IMG/VR virus record: IMGVR_UViG_3300011113_000805
Coordinates: 1 to 64,000 of that record
DNA: 64,000 nt
Reading direction: 5' to 3' (one strand)
This document shows, in pieces, positions 61,401 to 64,000 of the stretch (position 1 is the stretch's first letter; every line of letters begins with the position of its first letter). The position numbers and the translations under genes are program-made. The notes beneath the pieces were generated by a model that was not told where the DNA came from, made no database searches, and was given only the letters and a program-made list of their open reading frames with translations.

Positions 61401-61873
61401 TTTGATGCCTCATTATTGTCCTGTGTTGGTGGAGGTGCTACAGCTTCTTGAATAGAATACACCTTTTCAGCGGTAGTCGTCCATGCCTTATCACCACTGA
61501 TAACACCTGTATCTTTGAGGTTAGTGTAACGATCTGCATCACTTGCAAGAGGCAGCGTAAATCTAATCGCCCTGGGGATGTCTTCTTTTGCAGCATTAGC
61601 AGCTGGATCTGGGGCACCACCAACTTCCTGAAATTCATTTAGAGAATTTAGCAACTCGTGAGTAAATTTCCCACCATTAATGACATCAATCACCGGTGAA
61701 ACAACAGCCTTTAGCGTGTCGATCTTGGCATCACTTCCTGTCAATATTGCCGCCGAAAGTGTCTGACCAGCCAGGATATTGGCAACCAAGTCTTCTGATG
61801 AGTCAATATTGGTGTAATCCCTCAAGGCGCTAATGGCATCGGCGTACTGTTGTCTTCGAGATGTCGCTAGCAT
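58421..61873 (-). CDS. Putative baseplate hub-like virion protein
   Basis: IEYGW; C-proximal LLGCP......YI.FGT.....Y...GLSH......F.T; adjacent to a LysM gene. Confidence 0.55.
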   Translation of the reverse strand: MLATSRRQQYADAISALRDYTNIDSSEDLVANILAGQTLSAAILTGSDAKIDTLKAVVSPVIDVINGGKFTHELLNSLNEFQEVGGAPDPAANAAKEDIPRAIRFTLPLASDADRYTNLKDTGVISGDKAWTTTAEKVYSIQEAVAPPPTQDNNEASKYHSIENPQKFKTTLSVIEILNSRFGTAVRDVTGISIFSSMVPAHIMSRAVPYVNVRIRGAGRTSVSGNTKTLEGLSLLRYVKGRAPIDENTNINAMIFGAGGSETPASMELFTAPQTMVSDLPDIRNDDLFGSARPVDRFRPLMSMTSLDFDVAPAGGFMSYKTGKMSLVLHDRGRLSEVAPFVKAGFYSTVELEIEYGWSIDTSSGRLATDLEVSQNRSLQGKRVFGGRLQDDVFAQFIDSLRVIEKYSIVNSDFNFDDSGQVNINLSLAMKGGSDLDIYDITSAIPGSGARKILTETIAEIGEIIKGGGDSIKPIIGETIVGAVSSEDAFLALSDVKLKELKEVVRKLKGNTSKIGDLKNLSEKMTKLFDQQGALVKDTDAGVGDIFKRLNEGTEYFPACSEVLASPELAESNGAGLNKSLLGFQNPKYKTGSVSIARALIAFACQPLMTTGRFDEIQLIFNKFNERASFMKDVSIAAFPLDTDALQSDIKDMLKKRPKISIKNFIELIGRHVDDIAHPVYGFSSLYDDNGKLKDGKISAYDKALTDAGIKDAKFIKPRLRVSLECIPHETDREKTILRIHVNDAQANPFETYSEAIASGRSDVTRFIDLAAIEPGSRLFGVVSWKDMRSDIIAAQRKDVITKMGQQGVIKNVTSTSSTSSSAINGDTAAYQINLTGLLRADSPRKLQEFMSRSLPVIHYGSGAGLVKSISVNSINDARLSTVNIIKAQDAQGANPAASKEAGLPLLLNGTEVQVELLGCPILHFMQSVYINFGTGTSIDNIYACTGLSHKMSPGQFSTSAKFTLHTGAYGIYSSVKREFEALRGLVDIAANGPTAPQTSAPPVPKSTDITGSEINILANYASPSSFKEAFAARLAESKKLRPTKIRIWRISGKSVTQIQEAYAAPPNWFASDSIQIIFSRGPQPGQGIHEIFKAIKLNDLTCYEIDYGSSNDLWSGKDIVKAKKWTYAINENKAKEETIDVDVTKMWQA

Positions 61874-62157
61874 CAGATGTACCTGCTCACTTGTTCACGG
61901 TTAGGAATGAGGAGTCGAGTTCCAGGAGGCACCTGAAGAGCCCAGCCAATTCCTGAAGCTGAGGCAATAAGCCACCATAGTGTGGCATCTCCATAGGCCT
62001 CACCGGCAATAGAGTCAAGCCTCTCGCCCTCATGTGTCACACGCTCCTGAACTGAGACAAGACCTGATGAAACGGCATCGTAAATAATGCCAGGTGACCT
62101 GGAGGCTCCTCGTGCCTTGCCAAATTCATAGAGAGCCGAGTTGAAGTACCTTCTCAT
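61873..62157 (-). CDS. LysM-domain baseplate wedge-like protein
   Basis: GERLDSIAGEAYGDATLWWLIA......VPPGTRLLIP. Confidence 0.8.
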   Translation of the reverse strand: MRRYFNSALYEFGKARGASRSPGIIYDAVSSGLVSVQERVTHEGERLDSIAGEAYGDATLWWLIASASGIGWALQVPPGTRLLIPNREQVSRYI

Positions 62158-62160
62158 AGT

Positions 62161-64000
62161 TTAGGACCTTTTGTTTATTGGTGATGGTGTCAATTGGCTT
62201 GCAGCTTGCACATCTCGATCAAATGCATCAGGCATATGCCTCAAACGAGTAATTCCTCCAACTGGATATGCAACAGAACGAGATGTACCATCCGCTGCAA
62301 GCCCCATTGGAATGTCGTGAATAGGCAGGAATGTGACAGACAGTGTTACCATATTTGGCGCGCGGCTTCCTCTTTCGACTGTCCATGGTGTATCTGTGCT
62401 ACCATATTCAACACCGAGCTGACTGATAAATCCAGCAAGGCCTCGACCACCTGAGCCCTGCTCAAAGGACTTGACAATAGGGTTGTCGTTAGGATCTAGA
62501 AATTTCTGCGTAGGAAATTCCGGAGTATTATTTGTCTCTGCAGGTGGAGCAATAACTTCATCAAGTGTATTGGCATAATTAATGCCAGGAAAGGCAATAA
62601 TATCTTCACTTCCACAAATAATGTAAGGACGATCTTCTGATTCTCCTCTTCTTTGAACTTCAAGTGGGTGATCTAGTTTAACAACAAAGTAAGCTGTAGG
62701 CTCCTGTGATATTCTTTCTCGAGTAGAGTAAGCAACAATTTTTCCTTCGAGTTCATTGTTAATTTTTTCACGATTGCCTCCCTCACGAGCAATTGCAGAG
62801 GCAATATTTAAGTATGCTTTATACTTCCCAGGCTTTACCTTGCAATCTTGAGGCACTATTATCCTGGCAATATTTCCTACTATAACTGACAATAGGTCAT
62901 TATCGACCTCAGAAGAGACAGGTGAGTTTAAGTTACCATCCTGTATCGATGCTATAGTTTCAAGTCCGGACCCTACAGAAACACTAGATGATCCTGTCTT
63001 TCCTGTAATGTCAGAAATATCAGTGTCAATACCTGGTTTCGGATTTTCAAGTGAGACACCTGCAAGTTTTGCGTCTTGCTGATCTAACCCAAAGAGCCTT
63101 CCTAGGGCAAATCGCGAGTAGTTGCTGTGAATGACATCACCGATTCTCACTCTGATGAGTGGTGAGGCCGCAACCGTTTGTGAAAAGGGCTGCGTGAACT
63201 TATTCTTGTCATCACTGACACTCTCGCCCTGGCTCCATTGTGGATAGAGCATATTCACCAACTTGTTAATGGAGTACCACATGTTGTCATGATCCTCAGG
63301 GCTTGTGGCAACAACAGTGAAACTGAAGCTGATAGATCTCGTCGTGTTCTTGTAAGTCTGAATGGGATCCATTCTACCAAATCCATCTGTCGCTGTATAG
63401 TTTGCAGTAAAGCTATCTGACAGCGCCGAGAGGAAGGCATGAAATGAAAGGATCTCATTAGTTCTGACATCATGAAAGTAGAAGGGCATATACTCAGCAT
63501 CTAGAAGGGTCTCGTGATATTCTCTAGTAGCAGGATCAATTCTGCCGGAATCGGCAAAGACTTTTCTTGCCCTAAGACGTCGAAGCGCAGTTGCACCTGA
63601 CTCCTTTCTATCATTGACATGATAATTTGCAAATGCTCTCAACGATTCTTTGGTGACCAACTCAGTCCTAGTATATCCTAAGGAGATGTGAGACCAAGAA
63701 AGTCTCCTGCTTCCCTCTACCTCACGTGAGCGTGAGACACGTGACTGTGCAACATCAAAATAATTGGTACCTAATCCTGCAGGTGCAGGTGTAGCGGCAC
63801 CAGGAACAGTAGTTGTCAATCTTTGATCAGGTTCAGTTGAGGCATCAGCTTCTCGTGCAACACCATTGATAATTCCAAGGCGGGCACAAGTGTCAATAAA
63901 CCTCACAAGTTTCATCTCTCTTATTGCATCAAATATTCCAAGTATGCTGGCTTCTATCTTTGATGAAAATCTCTCCGACATGTAGTAGAGATCACGGGCT
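62161..64000 (-). CDS. Putative tail tube-initiator/baseplate protein (5'-partial)
   Basis: F.AFL..LSDSF.A.Y.....GRMDP...Y.NT.R.ISFSF...P..R.RIGD; frame stays open to the window edge. Confidence 0.55.
   Translation of the reverse strand, partial: ARDLYYMSERFSSKIEASILGIFDAIREMKLVRFIDTCARLGIINGVAREADASTEPDQRLTTTVPGAATPAPAGLGTNYFDVAQSRVSRSREVEGSRRLSWSHISLGYTRTELVTKESLRAFANYHVNDRKESGATALRRLRARKVFADSGRIDPATREYHETLLDAEYMPFYFHDVRTNEILSFHAFLSALSDSFTANYTATDGFGRMDPIQTYKNTTRSISFSFTVVATSPEDHDNMWYSINKLVNMLYPQWSQGESVSDDKNKFTQPFSQTVAASPLIRVRIGDVIHSNYSRFALGRLFGLDQQDAKLAGVSLENPKPGIDTDISDITGKTGSSSVSVGSGLETIASIQDGNLNSPVSSEVDNDLLSVIVGNIARIIVPQDCKVKPGKYKAYLNIASAIAREGGNREKINNELEGKIVAYSTRERISQEPTAYFVVKLDHPLEVQRRGESEDRPYIICGSEDIIAFPGINYANTLDEVIAPPAETNNTPEFPTQKFLDPNDNPIVKSFEQGSGGRGLAGFISQLGVEYGSTDTPWTVERGSRAPNMVTLSVTFLPIHDIPMGLAADGTSRSVAYPVGGITRLRHMPDAFDRDVQAASQLTPSPINKRS

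Overview
Gene-dense, almost entirely minus-strand segment of a large tailed-phage (jumbo/huge phage-like) genome in the standard genetic code. I found no rRNA, tRNA or CRISPR array. It carries a replication and nucleotide-metabolism block (DnaE, class II RNR NrdJ, DnaB-like helicase, RecA, gp32-like SSB, two 5'-3' exonucleases, a mini PolA, ThyX, thymidine kinase, dCMP deaminase), host-like helpers (sigma factor, GroEL, ClpP, J-domain protein, SOD, GlmS, PMM, Fpg) and baseplate/tail genes at the right edge. Main points of interest: (1) a glycosyltransferase - divergent ThyX paralog - dNMP kinase - FNR-like reductase - nucleotide N-glycosidase cluster just upstream of dnaE, a candidate undescribed DNA-hypermodification pathway; (2) tandem ADP-ribosyltransferase-LRR paralogs with variable LRR faces; (3) dnaE and nrdJ both fractured by split inteins flanking free-standing endonucleases, one intein possibly starting with Thr; (4) a sigma factor lacking region 4.2, followed by a separate HTH gene, plus a recurring ATAnnTA late-promoter-like motif; (5) a shared 'L-R/K-x-x-I-R-E...E' peptide on many late-type proteins, a possible head-packaging/cleavage signal. 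All family calls come from motif recognition by eye, not from database searches.
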